From contig CAWDSI010000005.1 of assembly GCA_963804915.1 (NCBI GenBank), positions 135,917-199,916 of the forward strand: 64,000 nucleotides of DNA. Reading direction: 5' to 3'. Below are positions 31,203 through 54,540 of this stretch, one piece after another. Positions within the stretch are counted from its first letter, which is position 1. Every line of letters begins with the position of its first letter. A model generated the notes under the pieces. It saw nothing but the letters and a program-made list of their open reading frames with translations. It made no database searches and was not told the origin of the DNA. Origin of the DNA: an uncultured Acidobacteriota bacterium. GTDB lineage: Bacteria > Acidobacteriota > Thermoanaerobaculia > UBA5066 > Gp7-AA6. Both the position numbers and the translations under genes were made by a program.

Positions 31203-31757
31203 ATGAATCGCACTCAAAAAACGGAAGCGGTCGAGTCCCTGGCCCAGGGCCTGGCCCAGTCCTCGAACGCGATCCTGTTCGCTTTTGCGGGCTTGAAGGT
31301 CCCCGAGGTCACCGAGCTCCGCCGCCAGGTGCGGGGAACGGAGTCGACGTACCTCGTCGTCAAGAACACCCTCGCCCTCCGGGCGACGAAGGGGACGGCC
31401 CTCGAGGCCGTCGCGGAACACTTTACCGGCGCCACGGCCGTGGCGTTCAACACGGGCAACGCCGTCGCGCTCGCCAAGGTGCTGACGAACTTCGCCAAGA
31501 CGAACCCGAATCTGGTTTTCAAGGCCGCGGTCATCGACGGGCACGCCGTCCCCGCCGCCGAGATCAAGACGATCGCGGAGCTCCCGAGCCGCGAGGAGCT
31601 CGTCTCCAAGCTGCTCTTCGTCATGCAGTCGCCGATGCGACGCCTGGTGACGGTGTTGAACGGCCCGGTCCGCAACCTCGCGGGCGTGCTGAGTCAGGTC
31701 GCGGAGCAGAAGTCGAAATCCGGGCCGGCGCCCTCGAGCGCCGAGCCTGCCAACTGA
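31203..31757 (+). CDS. rplJ: 50S ribosomal protein L10
   Basis: 184-aa ORF in the conserved rplA-rplJ-rplL order, with LRRQVRGTESTYLVVKNTL. Confidence 0.9.
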   Translation: MNRTQKTEAVESLAQGLAQSSNAILFAFAGLKVPEVTELRRQVRGTESTYLVVKNTLALRATKGTALEAVAEHFTGATAVAFNTGNAVALAKVLTNFAKTNPNLVFKAAVIDGHAVPAAEIKTIAELPSREELVSKLLFVMQSPMRRLVTVLNGPVRNLAGVLSQVAEQKSKSGPAPSSAEPAN

Positions 31758-31790
31758 GTTTGTAAGGAAAAGAGGAGAGAGGTACAGATC

Positions 31791-32168
31791 ATGGCAATGA
31801 CCGCAGAAAACTTCGTGAAGGAAGTCGAGGGCATGACGGTCCTCGAGCTCAACACGCTCGTCAAGGCGCTCGAAGAGAAGTTCGGCGTCTCGGCGGCGGC
31901 GATGGCGATGCCGGTGGCGGCGGCCGGCGGCGCGGCCGCGGCTCCGGCCGAGGAAGAGCAGACCGAGTTCACCGTCCACCTGGCCGCGGCCGGCGACAAG
32001 ATCAAGACGATCAAGGCCGTCCGCGAAGTCACGAGCCTGGGCCTCAAGGAGGCCAAGGACCTCGTCGACGGCGCCCCCGGCGTCATCAAGGAAGGCGTCA
32101 CCAAGGACGAGGCCGCCGCCATCAAGAAGAAGTTCGAAGAGGTCGGCGCGAAGGTGGAGATCAAGTAG
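31791..32168 (+). CDS. rplL: 50S ribosomal protein L7/L12
   Basis: 125-aa ORF with an Ala-rich hinge followed by [32 protein letters not shown].. Confidence 0.95.
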   Translation: MAMTAENFVKEVEGMTVLELNTLVKALEEKFGVSAAAMAMPVAAAGGAAAAPAEEEQTEFTVHLAAAGDKIKTIKAVREVTSLGLKEAKDLVDGAPGVIKEGVTKDEAAAIKKKFEEVGAKVEIK

Positions 32169-32296
32169 ATCCTCACCCTTGGGAATAGGCGAATGTTGTT
32201 GCTGGTGGCCGCACCCGCGGGCGGGAGAGGTGTCTCCTCTCTTCGCGCGGATTTGCGAGGGCGCGAAGCGTCCCTCGCGCTACAGGGGGCTCATTG

Positions 32297-36544
<4,248 letters not shown>

Positions 36545-36666
36545 GCTCTCTTGTGATTCCGAATCGACGCGGATACGCTGCATTCCCGCCATGGGATGGT
36601 GAGCTGCGGCCGCTTGCTCTCGTTCGGCCGCGTCGAGCGGCCGACCTACAATGGAGGGAGCGACTA

Positions 36667-40854
<4,188 letters not shown>

Positions 40855-40880
40855 GGTCGAGTTTCCCGAGAATGTTTGCG

Positions 40881-40910
40881 GAGGCCCGCTTCGGCGGGCC
40901 TCTTCTTTTT
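40881..40910 (+). terminator. Rho-independent terminator after rpoC
   Basis: A 9-bp GC-rich stem GAGGCCCGC / GCGGGCCTC with a TTCG tetraloop, followed by TCTTCTTTTT. Confidence 0.85.
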
Positions 40911-40966
40911 CGGGGCTGCAGTAGGATGCGCCAGGCTCGGAACAGCCCACATCCAAATCCACATCC

Positions 40967-43756
40967 ATGACTCCCGAGGATTGGCGGCGCCTGAAGGGGA
41001 TCCTGAACGAGGCGCTGCCGCTCGAGGCCGGCGCCCGCGACGCGTTCCTGGAGCAGGCTTGCGGCGGCGACGCGGAGCTTCTCGCCCAGTGCCGGGCCCT
41101 CATCGCCTCGGACGAGGCGCCCTGGCCGATGCTCGACGATTCGAAGCCGTCGCCGGCGCCGATGGCCTCGCTGGCGGGCGCCCTTCTGGAAACTCCGGGC
41201 GCCTCGGGCGGGGGAGCGGGTCGGCGCCTACGAGATCCTCGAGGAGATCGGGCATGGCGGGATGGGGACCGTCTACCTCGGCCGGCGCGCGGACGAAGCG
41301 TTCCGAAAGAAGGTGGCCATCAAGCTCGTGCGGGCCGGCATGGACCTGGACTCGGTGCTGCGGAGGTTCCGGACCGAGAGGCAGATCCTGGCGAACCTGG
41401 AGCATCCCCACATCGCCCGCCTGCTCGACGGCGGCGCCACGACGGACGGCCGCCCGTACTTCGTCATGGAGTACATCGAGGGCCGGGCTCTCCCGGATTG
41501 GTGCGCCGAGAAGGGTCTCGGCGTCCGGGAGCGCCTTCGGCTCTTCCTCGACGTCTGCGGAGCCGTGGAGTACGCCCACCAGAACCTGGTGGTGCACCGG
41601 GACATCAAGCCGGCCAACATCCTCGTGACGACCGACGGCACCGCGAAGCTGCTCGACTTCGGCATCGCCAAGCTCATCGTTCCGGAGCTCTTCGGAGCCT
41701 CGGTCGAGGAGACGGGGACCCTCTTTCGGCTGTTGACGCCGGACTACGCGAGCCCCGAGCAGGTGCGCGGCGAGCCGGTGACTCCCGCGAGCGACGTTTA
41801 TGCCCTGGGCGTGGTGCTCTATGAGCTGCTCACGGGCCGCCGACCTTACGAGGCGGGAGCCTCGGCCGCGGAGATGGTCCGGGTCGTGTGCGAGACGGAG
41901 GTGCCGAAGCCCTCGGAAAACACGACGCGCCCGCTCGCAAAGGAGCTGTCCGGGGATCTCGACACGATCGTGCTGAAGGCTCTGCGCAAGGAGCCCGCGC
42001 GCCGCTACGCCGACGCCGGGGCAATGGCGGACGACATCCGGCGGTTTCTGGAAGATCAGCCCGTGCTCGCCCGTCCCGACACGGTGGGGTACCGTGCGCG
42101 GCGGTTCGCGCGCCGGCACTGGGGCGGTCTGACCGCCGCGGCGATCGCCTCGATGTCGCTCGTGGCCGGAGCCGTGGCGATTCGCCGCGAGGCGGCGCCG
42201 GTTCCGAACGCCGCGCTCGCGGCCTCCGCCGCTTCGACGGCGCTCGCCGTGCTGCCGTTTCGGCCGCTCGCCTCGCAGCAGCACGACGCGATCCTGGAGC
42301 AGGGCATCGCCGACACGCTGATCGCCAAGCTCAGCGGAGTGCCCGGCATCGCGGTGCGGCCGGTGAGCGCGGTGCTCCCGTATGCGGACGACCACACGGA
42401 CCCTGTTCGCGCCGGCCGGAAACTGCGCGCCGATGCGGTTCTGGAGGGGGGCGTCCAGCGCGTCGGCGACCGCATCCGCGTGAACGTCCGACTGGTGAGG
42501 GTCTCCGACGGTCGGCCCATCTGGGGCGAGACGTTCGACACGCTGTACACCAGCGTCTTCGACGTGCAGGACGCGATCGCGCAGCGCGTCGCGGAGGCGC
42601 TCGTTCCCTCCCTCAGCCCGGCGGCGCGTGCCCGGCTGAGCGGCCGCGGGACGGAGAACCTGACCGCCTATCGGGCGTATCTGCGAGGCCGATACTTCTG
42701 GAACCGGCGCACGGAGGCCGACTTCCGCAAGGCGATCGAAGCGTTTTCGCAGGCCATCGAGGCGGATCCCGAGTACGGCCTGGCGTACGCCGGGCTGGCC
42801 GACTGCCACAGCCTGCTCGGCGTCTGGGGCGCCGCGTCGCCGAGGGAAACGTTCGGCCTCGCGGAGGAGGCCGCCCGGCGTGCCGTCGCTCGGGAAGACG
42901 CCCCGGCCGAAGCGCACGCGTCTCTCGCCCTCGTGCGATGGGTCTACGACTGGGACCCGAGCGGCGCCGAGGAGGAATTCCGCCGCGCGATCGCGCTCAA
43001 CGCCGGGTATGCAACGGCCCACCAGTGGCTCGCGTATCTGCTGGCCTCGCAGGGGCGCTTCGACGAAGCGGTGGCCGAGATCGAGCGCGCCCAGGAGCTG
43101 GACCCGCTCTCCGTGAGCATCATGAGCGACATCGGGGACATCCATCTCTGGGCCGGCCGCTACGATCAGGCGATCGCCCACGTGCGTGAGGCGCTCGAGC
43201 TCGAGCCGAACTATGCCGTCGCCCACAACGTTCTGGGAATGGCGCTGCTGAAGCAGCAGCGCACGGCGGAGGCGCATCGGCGAGCTCGAGCTCGCGGCCC
43301 GCCTCGAGGATCTTCCCCGGATGCTGTCGACGCTCGGCTACGCGTACGCGGTGACGGGGCGCCGCGACGACGCCCTCCGCATCCGGCAGCGTCTGGAGGC
43401 TCTCGCGACGGACGCGCTACGTCTCGCCATTCGCGCTGGCGGTCGTGGACACCGGACTCGGGCGGGCGGACTCGGCATTTGCGCAGCTCGAGCGGGCCTT
43501 TGCCGAGCACTCGGACACGATGGCGATCCTGCGCGCGTATCCGCTCTTCGAGAGCCTTCGGGGCGATCCGCGCTTCGCCGATCTGGTACGGCGCGTGGAG
43601 GCAAGGAATGCGGGTTCGCTGGCAGCTGTCCGCTATCAGCTGTCCGCTCATACGGTTAGATCCCACCCGAAAAGACTCGCCAGTGACCACCTCTGTGACA
43701 TACTCCGATCCTCGGGGCTTCGAGGCGGTGAGGGTCGGATACCGGGTCAGGGCTGA
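40967..43756 (+). CDS. Membrane-anchored Ser/Thr protein kinase with periplasmic TolB-N-like and TPR domains; at least 3 frame changes (~41200, ~43275, ~43420)
   Basis: N-terminal helix: MTPEDWRRLKGILNEALPLEAGARDAFLEQACGGDAELLAQ. Kinase motifs: GHGGMGTVYLG..VAIK..HRDIKPANILV..DFGIAK..SPEQ. TM segment: LTAAAIASMSLVAGAVAI. Then LAVLPFRPL..DAVLEGGVQRVGDRIRVNVRLV and TPR repeats. The protein is carried by ORFs 40967.., 41262..43763, 43321.. and 43445..43756. The C-terminal end is uncertain. Confidence 0.8.
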
Positions 43757-43803
43757 CGGCTGAGAGAGAAGGGCTGAAAGCCCGCTCTGCCAGCAACTTC
43801 CGC

Positions 43804-43832
43804 TTGACAGGTCCCCCATACCCGCGTACGAT
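43804..43832 (+). promoter_or_regulatory. Sigma70-like promoter candidate (TTGACA-N17-TACGAT) for the str operon
   Basis: TTGACA at 43804..43809, a 17-nt spacer, then TACGAT at 43827..43832, leaving a ~128-nt leader before rpsL. The -10 element lies in the loop of a CCCGCG/CGCGGG hairpin followed by T5 (43821..43844). Confidence 0.45.
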
Positions 43833-43960
43833 TCGCGGGTTTTTCCTCAGGACTCGGACGAGTCGGTGGGCCTGTCTCGTCCGACCCTAAGTAAAGCGGT
43901 TTACGGTCGATCTCGGGTCCTTCCACGGCTCCGGGGGACTCGGGGAGATCAGGAGAGTCG

Positions 43961-44335
43961 ATGCCGACAATTTCTCAACTCGTACGCAAAGGCCGCGAGC
44001 GGCTCGCGGTGAAGACCGCTTCGCCCGCGCTCCAGCGTTCGCCGCAGCGCCGCGGCGTGTGCACGCGCGTCTACACGACGACGCCGAAGAAGCCGAACTC
44101 GGCGCTGCGCAAGGTCGCGCGCGTCCGCCTGACGAACGGCATCGAGGTCACGACCTACATCCCGGGCGTCGGCCACAACCTGCAGGAGCACTCGATCGTC
44201 ATGATCCGCGGCGGCCGCGTGAAGGATCTGCCGGGCGTCCGCTACCACGTCATCCGCGGAACGCTCGACGCGGTCGGAGTCGCCAACCGCAAGCAGGGCC
44301 GGTCCAAGTACGGCGCGAAGCGCCCCAAGGCCTAA
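43961..44335 (+). CDS. rpsL: 30S ribosomal protein S12
   Basis: 124-aa ORF: [30 protein letters not shown].. Confidence 0.97.
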   Translation: MPTISQLVRKGRERLAVKTASPALQRSPQRRGVCTRVYTTTPKKPNSALRKVARVRLTNGIEVTTYIPGVGHNLQEHSIVMIRGGRVKDLPGVRYHVIRGTLDAVGVANRKQGRSKYGAKRPKA

Positions 44336-44354
44336 CGAGACAAGAAGGATAACG

Positions 44355-44825
44355 ATGCCGAGACGCCGAGTCGTTGCCAAGCGCGAGATCCTGCCGGATC
44401 CGCTGTACAACTCCCAGCTCGTCACGAAGTTCATCAACTCCGTGATGTCGCAGGGCAAGAAGTCGACCGCCGAGGGGATCCTCTACGGCGCGCTGAACCG
44501 CGTCGCCGAGAAGACCCAGGACGATCCGATGAAGGCCTTCAAGAAGGCGATCGAGAACGTCAAGCCGGCGCTCGAGGTCAAGTCGCGCCGCGTCGGCGGC
44601 TCGACCTACCAGGTCCCCGTCGAGGTGCGGCCCAACCGCCGGACCTCGCTCGCGATCCGCTGGATCATCGAGTACGCGAGCGCCCGCGGCGAGAAGACGA
44701 TGCGGGAGAAGCTCGCGGCCGAGTTCCTCGACGCGTCCAACCTCCGCGGCGGCGCCGTGAAGAAGAAGGACGACACGCACAAGATGGCCGAGGCCAACAA
44801 GGCCTTTGCCCACTATCGCTGGTAA
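44355..44825 (+). CDS. rpsG: 30S ribosomal protein S7
   Basis: 156-aa ORF: [39 protein letters not shown].. Confidence 0.97.
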   Translation: MPRRRVVAKREILPDPLYNSQLVTKFINSVMSQGKKSTAEGILYGALNRVAEKTQDDPMKAFKKAIENVKPALEVKSRRVGGSTYQVPVEVRPNRRTSLAIRWIIEYASARGEKTMREKLAAEFLDASNLRGGAVKKKDDTHKMAEANKAFAHYRW

Positions 44826-44860
44826 CGCAAACCGACGACCCGAGACCGAAGACCTTACTT

Positions 44861-46954
<2,094 letters not shown>

Positions 46955-46979
46955 CCGCAACCGTTGAGGGCGAAGGAAG

Positions 46980-48173
<1,194 letters not shown>

Positions 48174-48211
48174 TGGCTTCTCTTATCGCGTGAGCGTAGC
48201 GAGCAGCATGC

Positions 48212-48532
<321 letters not shown>

Positions 48533-48535
48533 GCC

Positions 48536-49184
48536 ATGGCCGTACACGGAATCATCGGTAAGAAGGTGGGGATGACCCAGATCTTCACGGCGGACGGGAC
48601 GGTCGTGCCCGTCACGGTCGTGCAGGCCGGGCCCTGCCTCGTCGTGCAGAAGAAGACGGCCGACAAGGACGGCTACGACGCCCTCCAGATCGGCCTCGTG
48701 GGCGCCCGGCCGGACCGCCGGGCGAACTCCGCGGCGAAGGGCCACTTCGAGAAGGCCGGCGTCGCCCCGATGCGGACGCTCATGGAGGTCCGGGCCGACA
48801 AGGGCGACGAGCTCAAGCCCGGCGACAAGATTCTCTGCGACACGTTCACCGAGCAGGATCACGTCGACGTCATCGGCACCTCCAAGGGCAAGGGCTTCAT
48901 GGGCGTCGTCGCCCGCCACGGTTTCCGCGGCGGCGCGGCGACGCACGGCTCGATGTTCCACCGCGCGCCCGGCTCGATCGGCCCTTCGGCGTTCCCGTCG
49001 CGCGTGTACCCCGGGACGCGGTCGTCGGGACGGCTGGGCGGCCGCCAGTCGACGAGCAAGAACCTCATCGTCGTCCGCGTCGACGCCGAGAAGAACCTGC
49101 TCTACATCTCCGGCGCCGTTCCCGGCGCCCGCAACGCGATCGTGAAGATCGTGCGCTCGAGCTTCGCGCAGGAAGAGGGCGTAG
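48536..49184 (+). CDS. rplC: 50S ribosomal protein L3; frame change near the 3' end (no in-frame stop as assembled)
   Basis: Sequence: [49 protein letters not shown].. As assembled, the frame runs on for 490 aa through rplD and rplW. The expected stop is the out-of-frame TAG at 49182..49184, 10 nt before the rplD ATG. Confidence 0.85.
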
Positions 49185-49194
49185 AAGGATCCGC

Positions 49195-49824
49195 ATGGCC
49201 AAGATCCCGGTCTGGAACTGGAAGAAGGAGCAGGTCGGCGAGGTCGCTCTGCCCGCCGAGGTCTTCGCGTACCCGTACCGCCGCCACCTGGTGTGGGAGG
49301 TCGTCAAGGCGTACCTCGCGGGTCTCCGCGCGGGCACGCACAAGACCAAGGTCCGCTCCGAGGTCGCGGGCTCGGGCAAGAAGCCCTTCAAGCAGAAGGG
49401 GACCGGCCGCGCGCGGCAGGGCGGCGGTCGTCCGCCGATCCACCGCCACGGCGGCACCGTGCACGGTCCCGTGCCGCGCTCGTACGCGCAGGGGGTCTCC
49501 GTCGGCGAGAAGAAGAACGCCCTCAAGGCGGTCCTCTCGCGACGCGCCGCGGAGTCGCGGATCGTCGTCCTCGACAAGATGGATGTGGCGAGCACCAAGA
49601 CCAGGGACCTCGTCACGGCCGTCGGCGCGCTCGGAATCGAGGGCAAGGCCCTCTTCGTGGACGCCCGGGGCAACGAGAACTTCGAGCGCGCGTCCCGCAA
49701 CGTCCGGACGTGGAAGATCGTCGACCCTCTGGCCGTCAACGCCTACGACGTGCTGGCGCACGGCACGCTCGTGCTCTCGAAGCAGGCGTTCTCGCGCGTC
49801 GTCAAGAACCTGGGAGGCAAGTGA
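49195..49824 (+). CDS. rplD: 50S ribosomal protein L4
   Basis: 209-aa ORF with [31 protein letters not shown]. Confidence 0.95.
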   Translation: MAKIPVWNWKKEQVGEVALPAEVFAYPYRRHLVWEVVKAYLAGLRAGTHKTKVRSEVAGSGKKPFKQKGTGRARQGGGRPPIHRHGGTVHGPVPRSYAQGVSVGEKKNALKAVLSRRAAESRIVVLDKMDVASTKTRDLVTAVGALGIEGKALFVDARGNENFERASRNVRTWKIVDPLAVNAYDVLAHGTLVLSKQAFSRVVKNLGGK

Positions 49825-50111
49825 TGGATGCGCAGAGGGTGATCCGGCGGCCGCTCATCACCGAGAAGGCCACGAAGCTGAAGGACGCCTCCAACACGGT
49901 CTGCTTCGAGGTCGATCGGGACGCCAACAAGATCGAGGTCCGCCGCGCCGTCGAGAAGCTCTTCGGCGTCAAGGTCCTCGACGTGCGGGTGGCCAATCGC
50001 GAGGGTAAGTGGAAGCGCATGGGCCGGTTCGTCGGCCAGCGCAAGGCCTGGAAGAAGGCCTGGGTCCGGCTCGCGCCGGATCAAAAGATCGAGTTCTTCG
50101 AGGGCGTGTGA
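49824..50111 (+). CDS. rplW: 50S ribosomal protein L23
   Basis: The ATG at 49824 shares one base with the rplD stop. Sequence: [45 protein letters not shown].. Confidence 0.92.
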   Translation: MDAQRVIRRPLITEKATKLKDASNTVCFEVDRDANKIEVRRAVEKLFGVKVLDVRVANREGKWKRMGRFVGQRKAWKKAWVRLAPDQKIEFFEGV

Positions 50112-50941
50112 TGCCAGTCAAGAAATTCAAACCGACCTCCCCCGGCGTTCGGTTCCAGACCAAGCTCGACTTTTCGGAGCTCTCTCCGGTGCGTCCGGAG
50201 AAGCGCCTCACGGTCGGGCTCCGCGCGACCGGCGGCCGCAACAACCAGGGCCGCACGACGTCCCGGTTCATGGGCGGCGGCCACAAGCGGCTCTACCGCA
50301 TCATCGACTTCCGGCGGGACAAGCAGGACATTCCGGCGAAGGTCGCCACGATCGAGTACGACCCGAACCGCACGGCCCGGATCGCGCTGCTGCACTACGC
50401 CGACGGCGAGAAGCGCTACATCCTGGCGCCGAACGGCCTCGTCGTCGGCGCGACGGTCGTCTCGGGTCCCGGGGCGGACATCCTGCCGGGCAACGCGCTG
50501 CCGCTGAAGTCGATCCCGCTCGGCACCACGATCCACAACCTCGAGCTGACCCGCGGCAAGGGCGGCCAGATCGTGCGCTCGGCCGGCGCTTCGGCGCAGC
50601 TGATGGCCCGCGAAGGCGCCTACGCCCAGGTGCGCCTGCCCTCGGGCGAGGTCCGCGAGGTCCACGTCGAGTGCTACGCGACGATCGGCCAGGTCGGCAA
50701 CCTCGAGCACGAGAACGTCTCGATCGGAAAGGCCGGCCGCAACCGCTGGCTGGGCTGGCGGCCGCACAACCGCGGCGTGGCCATGAACCCCGTCGACCAC
50801 CCGATGGGCGGCGGCGAGGGCAAGACTTCGGGCGGACGTCACCCGACCTCGCCGTGGGGCTGGAAGACGAAGGGTATGAAGACCCGCAACAACAAGCGCA
50901 CCGACGGATTCATCGTCCGCCGGCGCAAGTCGAAGGTCTAA
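50111..50941 (+). CDS. rplB: 50S ribosomal protein L2
   Basis: The ATG at 50111 shares one base with the rplW stop. Sequence: [48 protein letters not shown].. Confidence 0.95.
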   Translation: MPVKKFKPTSPGVRFQTKLDFSELSPVRPEKRLTVGLRATGGRNNQGRTTSRFMGGGHKRLYRIIDFRRDKQDIPAKVATIEYDPNRTARIALLHYADGEKRYILAPNGLVVGATVVSGPGADILPGNALPLKSIPLGTTIHNLELTRGKGGQIVRSAGASAQLMAREGAYAQVRLPSGEVREVHVECYATIGQVGNLEHENVSIGKAGRNRWLGWRPHNRGVAMNPVDHPMGGGEGKTSGGRHPTSPWGWKTKGMKTRNNKRTDGFIVRRRKSKV

Positions 50942-50944
50942 GCG

Positions 50945-51289
50945 ATGGCACGTTCGGTCAAGAAGGGTCCCTTCGTCGACGACCACCTTCTCAAGAAGGT
51001 GGCCGCTCTGAACGCGACGCGCGAGAAGAAGGTCATCAAGACCTGGTCGCGGCGCTCGACCGTCGTGCCCGACATGGTCGGCCACACGATCGCCGTGCAC
51101 AACGGGCGGAAGTTCATTCCGGTCTACGTGGCCGAGAACATGGTCGGGCACAAGCTCGGCGAGTTCTCGCCGACGCGCATCTTCAAGGGCCACGGCGGCA
51201 AGAAGGCGGCGGAAACCGGAGCGGCGGTCGCCGGCAAGCCGGTCTCGGCTCCGGGCGCGGCCCCGGCCGCGGCGGCGCCGAAGGGTTAA
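50945..51289 (+). CDS. rpsS: 30S ribosomal protein S19 (with an Ala/Pro/Lys-rich C-terminal tail)
   Basis: 114-aa ORF: [47 protein letters not shown]. About 25 extra C-terminal residues follow. Confidence 0.93.
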   Translation: MARSVKKGPFVDDHLLKKVAALNATREKKVIKTWSRRSTVVPDMVGHTIAVHNGRKFIPVYVAENMVGHKLGEFSPTRIFKGHGGKKAAETGAAVAGKPVSAPGAAPAAAAPKG

Positions 51290-51292
51290 GAG

Positions 51293-51631
51293 ATGAAGGC
51301 GACAGCAAGACTCCGGTACATGAAGGGCTCCGCGCAGAAGGTCCGACTCGTGGCGGACCTGATTCGCGGCAAGAAGGTCAACGACGCCGTGGCCATCCTG
51401 CGCCACGCGAAGAAGGTGGCCGCGCGCGACATGCTCAAGACGCTGCGCTCGGCGGTCGCCAACGCGGAGCAGAAGGAAGCCCAGCTCGACGTGGACCAGC
51501 TGGTGGTCCGCAAGATCACCGTCGACAAGGGGCCGCAGGAGAAACGCGTGCGGCCGGCGCCGATGGGCCGGGCGTACCGCGTCCTGCATCGCAAGAGCCA
51601 TCTGACGATCGAACTCTCGGACGAGGCGTAA
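51293..51631 (+). CDS. rplV: 50S ribosomal protein L22
   Basis: 112-aa ORF with [26 protein letters not shown].. and ..[24 protein letters not shown]. Confidence 0.95.
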   Translation: MKATARLRYMKGSAQKVRLVADLIRGKKVNDAVAILRHAKKVAARDMLKTLRSAVANAEQKEAQLDVDQLVVRKITVDKGPQEKRVRPAPMGRAYRVLHRKSHLTIELSDEA

Positions 51632-51639
51632 GGAGCAGA

Positions 51640-52293
51640 ATGGGCCAGAAAGTTCATCCCTACGGCTTCCGGCTCGGCTTCAACCGGACCTGGCACTCGC
51701 GCTGGTTCTCGGAGAAGGACTACATGAAGTTCCTTCACGAGGACCTGAAGCTGCGCAAGGAGCTGAAGAGGCGGCTGTCGCACGCCGGCGTCTCGGAGAT
51801 CGACATCGAGCGGTTCGCGGGCAAGCTCAAGGTCAACATCCAGACGTCGCGTCCCGGCATCATCATCGGCAAGCGCGGCGCCGAGGTGGACCGGCTCCGC
51901 GACGAGCTCCAGAAGCGGACGGGCATCGAAGTCCACATCAACATCATCGAGATCCAGCGGCCCGAGACGGACGCCCAGCTCGTGGCCGAGTCGATCGCGC
52001 TGCAGCTCGAGCGCCGGGTGGCGTTCCGCCGGGCGATGAAGAAGGGGATCGAGTCGGCCTTCCGCTTCGGCGCCCAGGGGATCAAGATCCGCTGCGCCGG
52101 ACGGCTGAACGGCGCCGAGATCGCCCGTTCGGAGTGGTACCAGGAAGGCCGCCTTCCGCTCCACACGCTCAAGGCCGACATCGACTACGGCTTCGCCGAG
52201 GCGAACACGACCTTCGGAAAGATCGGCGTCAAGGTCTGGATCTACCGCGGCGAGCAGCACAAGGCCAAGAATCGCCGCAAGAGCGCGGCGTAA
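51640..52293 (+). CDS. rpsC: 30S ribosomal protein S3
   Basis: ATG at 51640 within ORF 50671..52293. Sequence: [50 protein letters not shown]. Confidence 0.95.
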   Translation: MGQKVHPYGFRLGFNRTWHSRWFSEKDYMKFLHEDLKLRKELKRRLSHAGVSEIDIERFAGKLKVNIQTSRPGIIIGKRGAEVDRLRDELQKRTGIEVHINIIEIQRPETDAQLVAESIALQLERRVAFRRAMKKGIESAFRFGAQGIKIRCAGRLNGAEIARSEWYQEGRLPLHTLKADIDYGFAEANTTFGKIGVKVWIYRGEQHKAKNRRKSAA

Positions 52294-52305
52294 GCGAGTT
52301 TTGCC

Positions 52306-52731
52306 ATGTTGATGCCCTCCAAGGTCAAGTATCGGAAACAGCAGCGCGGCCGGCGCCGGGGCAAGGCCTGGCGCGGCGGCGAGCTCGCGTTCGGCGACAT
52401 GGGTCTCCAGGTCCTGGAGCCCGGCTGGATCACGGCCCGGCAGATCGAGGCCGGCCGCATCGCCATGACCCGGGCCGTCAAGCGCGGCGGCAAGATCTGG
52501 ATCCGGATCTTCCCGGACAAGCCGTACACGAAGAAGCCCGCCGAAACCCGCATGGGCAAGGGCAAGGGCGCGCCGGAGGGCTGGGTCGCCGTCGTCAAGC
52601 CCGGCCGCATGCTCTACGAGATGGAAGGCGTCGACTTCGCCACGGGCAAAGAGGCCCTCAAGCTCGCGGCCGACAAGCTGGGACTCAAGACGCGTCTGGT
52701 GACCCGCGCGGGGGAGACGGAGATTCGATGA
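52306..52731 (+). CDS. rplP: 50S ribosomal protein L16
   Basis: 141-aa ORF: [48 protein letters not shown].. Confidence 0.95.
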   Translation: MLMPSKVKYRKQQRGRRRGKAWRGGELAFGDMGLQVLEPGWITARQIEAGRIAMTRAVKRGGKIWIRIFPDKPYTKKPAETRMGKGKGAPEGWVAVVKPGRMLYEMEGVDFATGKEALKLAADKLGLKTRLVTRAGETEIR

Positions 52732-52943
52732 AGAAGAAGGAGCGGGAGACGCTCGCCCAGCAGGGCCATGGCGATCTCCTCGGAAAAGAGAAAGAGTTGA
52801 AGGAAGCGGCGTGGAAGCTGCGGCTGCAGAAGTCCACGGGGCAGCTCGAGAACCCGAGCCGCCTGCGGACCGTGCGGCGCGACATCGCGCGCGTCAAGAC
52901 GTACCAGCGAATGCTGGAGCGGAAGGCGGAGGGCTCGAAGTGA
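52728..52943 (+). CDS. rpmC: 50S ribosomal protein L29
   Basis: The ATG overlaps the rplP stop (ATGA). 71 aa with ..[35 protein letters not shown].. Confidence 0.9.
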   Translation: MKKKERETLAQQGHGDLLGKEKELKEAAWKLRLQKSTGQLENPSRLRTVRRDIARVKTYQRMLERKAEGSK

Positions 52944-53224
52944 CCGAGACGGAAGTGAAGGGCCCCGAGGACCGCAAGAGCCGAGCGACGCGCATCGGCC
53001 GCGTGGTCTCCGACAAGGGACACAAGACGATCGTGGTCGAGGTGGAGCGCCGCGTGCAGCATGCCGAGTACACCCGGACGATCAAGCGCACGAGCCGCTT
53101 CCACGCTCACGACGAGGGGAACACGGCGAAGGTCGGCGACCGCGTCCGCATCGAGGAGACCCGGCCGCTCTCCAAGCTCAAGCGCTGGCGGCTGCGGGAA
53201 GTCCTCGTCAAGGCGCGGGCGTAG
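52940..53224 (+). CDS. rpsQ: 30S ribosomal protein S17
   Basis: The GTG overlaps the rpmC stop (GTGA). Sequence: ..[42 protein letters not shown].. Confidence 0.9.
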   Translation: MTETEVKGPEDRKSRATRIGRVVSDKGHKTIVVEVERRVQHAEYTRTIKRTSRFHAHDEGNTAKVGDRVRIEETRPLSKLKRWRLREVLVKARA

Positions 53225-53233
53225 GAGATCGCC

Positions 53234-53611
53234 ATGATTCAGATGGGCACCATCCTCGAGGTGGCGGACAATTCGGGGGCGCGCAAGATCGCCTGCATCC
53301 GCATGCGGGGCGGCTCGGCCGGCCAGTACGCGGGTCTCGGCGACATCATCACGGCGTCCGTCAAGGAGGCCGCCCCGGATTCGCCGTTCGTCGAGAAGCA
53401 CGGCAAGCGCGTCGTGCGCGCGGTCATCGTCCGCACGCGCCGCAACCACCGCCGCAAGGACGGCTCTTACATCCGGTTCGACGACAACGCCGCGGTCCTG
53501 ATCTCCCACGAGGGGGAGCCGATCGGGACGCGCGTCTTCGGGCCGGTCGCGCGCGAGCTGCGCGAGAAGAAGTTCATGAAGATCATCTCCCTCGCCCCGG
53601 AAGTGCTGTGA
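53234..53611 (+). CDS. rplN: 50S ribosomal protein L14
   Basis: 125-aa ORF: [33 protein letters not shown].. Confidence 0.95.
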   Translation: MIQMGTILEVADNSGARKIACIRMRGGSAGQYAGLGDIITASVKEAAPDSPFVEKHGKRVVRAVIVRTRRNHRRKDGSYIRFDDNAAVLISHEGEPIGTRVFGPVARELREKKFMKIISLAPEVL

Positions 53612-53964
53612 TGAGCAAGCAAGCCACGAAAGCCACGAAGACGAAGAAGCCCCGCCTCAGGAAGAACGACACGGTCGTCGTGATCGCCGGCCGCGACCGC
53701 GGGCGGCAGGGGCGCATCGTGCGCGTCCTGCCGGCGGAGGGCCGGGTCATCGTCGAGCGGGTCAACATGATCAAGCGTCACACGCGGCCCAATCCGCAGA
53801 AGAACATCGCCGGCGGCATCTCGGAGAAGGAAGCCTCGATCCACATCTCGAACGTGATGCTCGTCGATCCGGATCGCAACGTCGGAACCAGGATCGGCCG
53901 CCGCCGCGACGCGGACGGCAATCCCGAGCGCATCGCCAAGAAGAGCGGCGCGGTGCTCGCGTAA
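53611..53964 (+). CDS. rplX: 50S ribosomal protein L24
   Basis: The ATG at 53611 shares one base with the rplN stop. KOW motif: LRKNDTVVVIAGRDRGRQGRIVRV. Confidence 0.92.
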   Translation: MSKQATKATKTKKPRLRKNDTVVVIAGRDRGRQGRIVRVLPAEGRVIVERVNMIKRHTRPNPQKNIAGGISEKEASIHISNVMLVDPDRNVGTRIGRRRDADGNPERIAKKSGAVLA

Positions 53965-53982
53965 GCACGAAGGACTCAGAAC

Positions 53983-54525
53983 ATGGCAGCGAGACTGAAG
54001 GAACGGTACGCCAAGGAGGTCGCCCCCGCGCTCCGCAAGGAGTTCGGGATCGACAACGTCATGGCCGTGCCGCGGCTCGAGAAGATCGTCCTCAACATGG
54101 GGCTCGGGGAGGCCGTCGCCAACCCGAAGATGCTGGACGGCGCGGCCGAGGAGCTCTCGGCCATCGCCGGGCAGCGCGCCAACGTGACGAAGGCGAAGAA
54201 GTCGATCGCCACGTACAAGCTCCGGACCGGAATGCCGATCGGCGCGCGGGTCACCCTGCGCGGCGACCGCATGTGGGAGTTCCTGGACCGGCTCATCAAC
54301 ATCGCCCTGCCGCGCGTGCGCGACTTCCGCGGCGTCTCCGGCAAGGCGTTCGACGGGCGGGGCAACTACACGCTCGGCGTGCGCGACCACTTCATCTTTC
54401 CGGAGATCGACTACTCCAAGACGGACAAGTCGAAGGGCCTGAACGTGACGATCGTGACGACGGCGGGACGGGACGACCGGGCGAAGGCGCTGCTCGCCGA
54501 GCTCGGCATGCCGTTCGCGAAGTAA
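53983..54525 (+). CDS. rplE: 50S ribosomal protein L5
   Basis: 180-aa ORF with [34 protein letters not shown].. Confidence 0.95.
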   Translation: MAARLKERYAKEVAPALRKEFGIDNVMAVPRLEKIVLNMGLGEAVANPKMLDGAAEELSAIAGQRANVTKAKKSIATYKLRTGMPIGARVTLRGDRMWEFLDRLINIALPRVRDFRGVSGKAFDGRGNYTLGVRDHFIFPEIDYSKTDKSKGLNVTIVTTAGRDDRAKALLAELGMPFAK

Positions 54526-54540
54526 GCGCAGGAAGAAAAC

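Noticed and set aside
48536-50008. A 490-aa ORF suggesting a giant L3 fusion protein.
   Set aside because: Beyond about residue 215 it reads rplD and rplW in a wrong frame (Arg/Ser/Pro-rich). The expected L3 stop (TAG 49182..49184) is one frame off, which indicates an indel near the 3' end of rplC.
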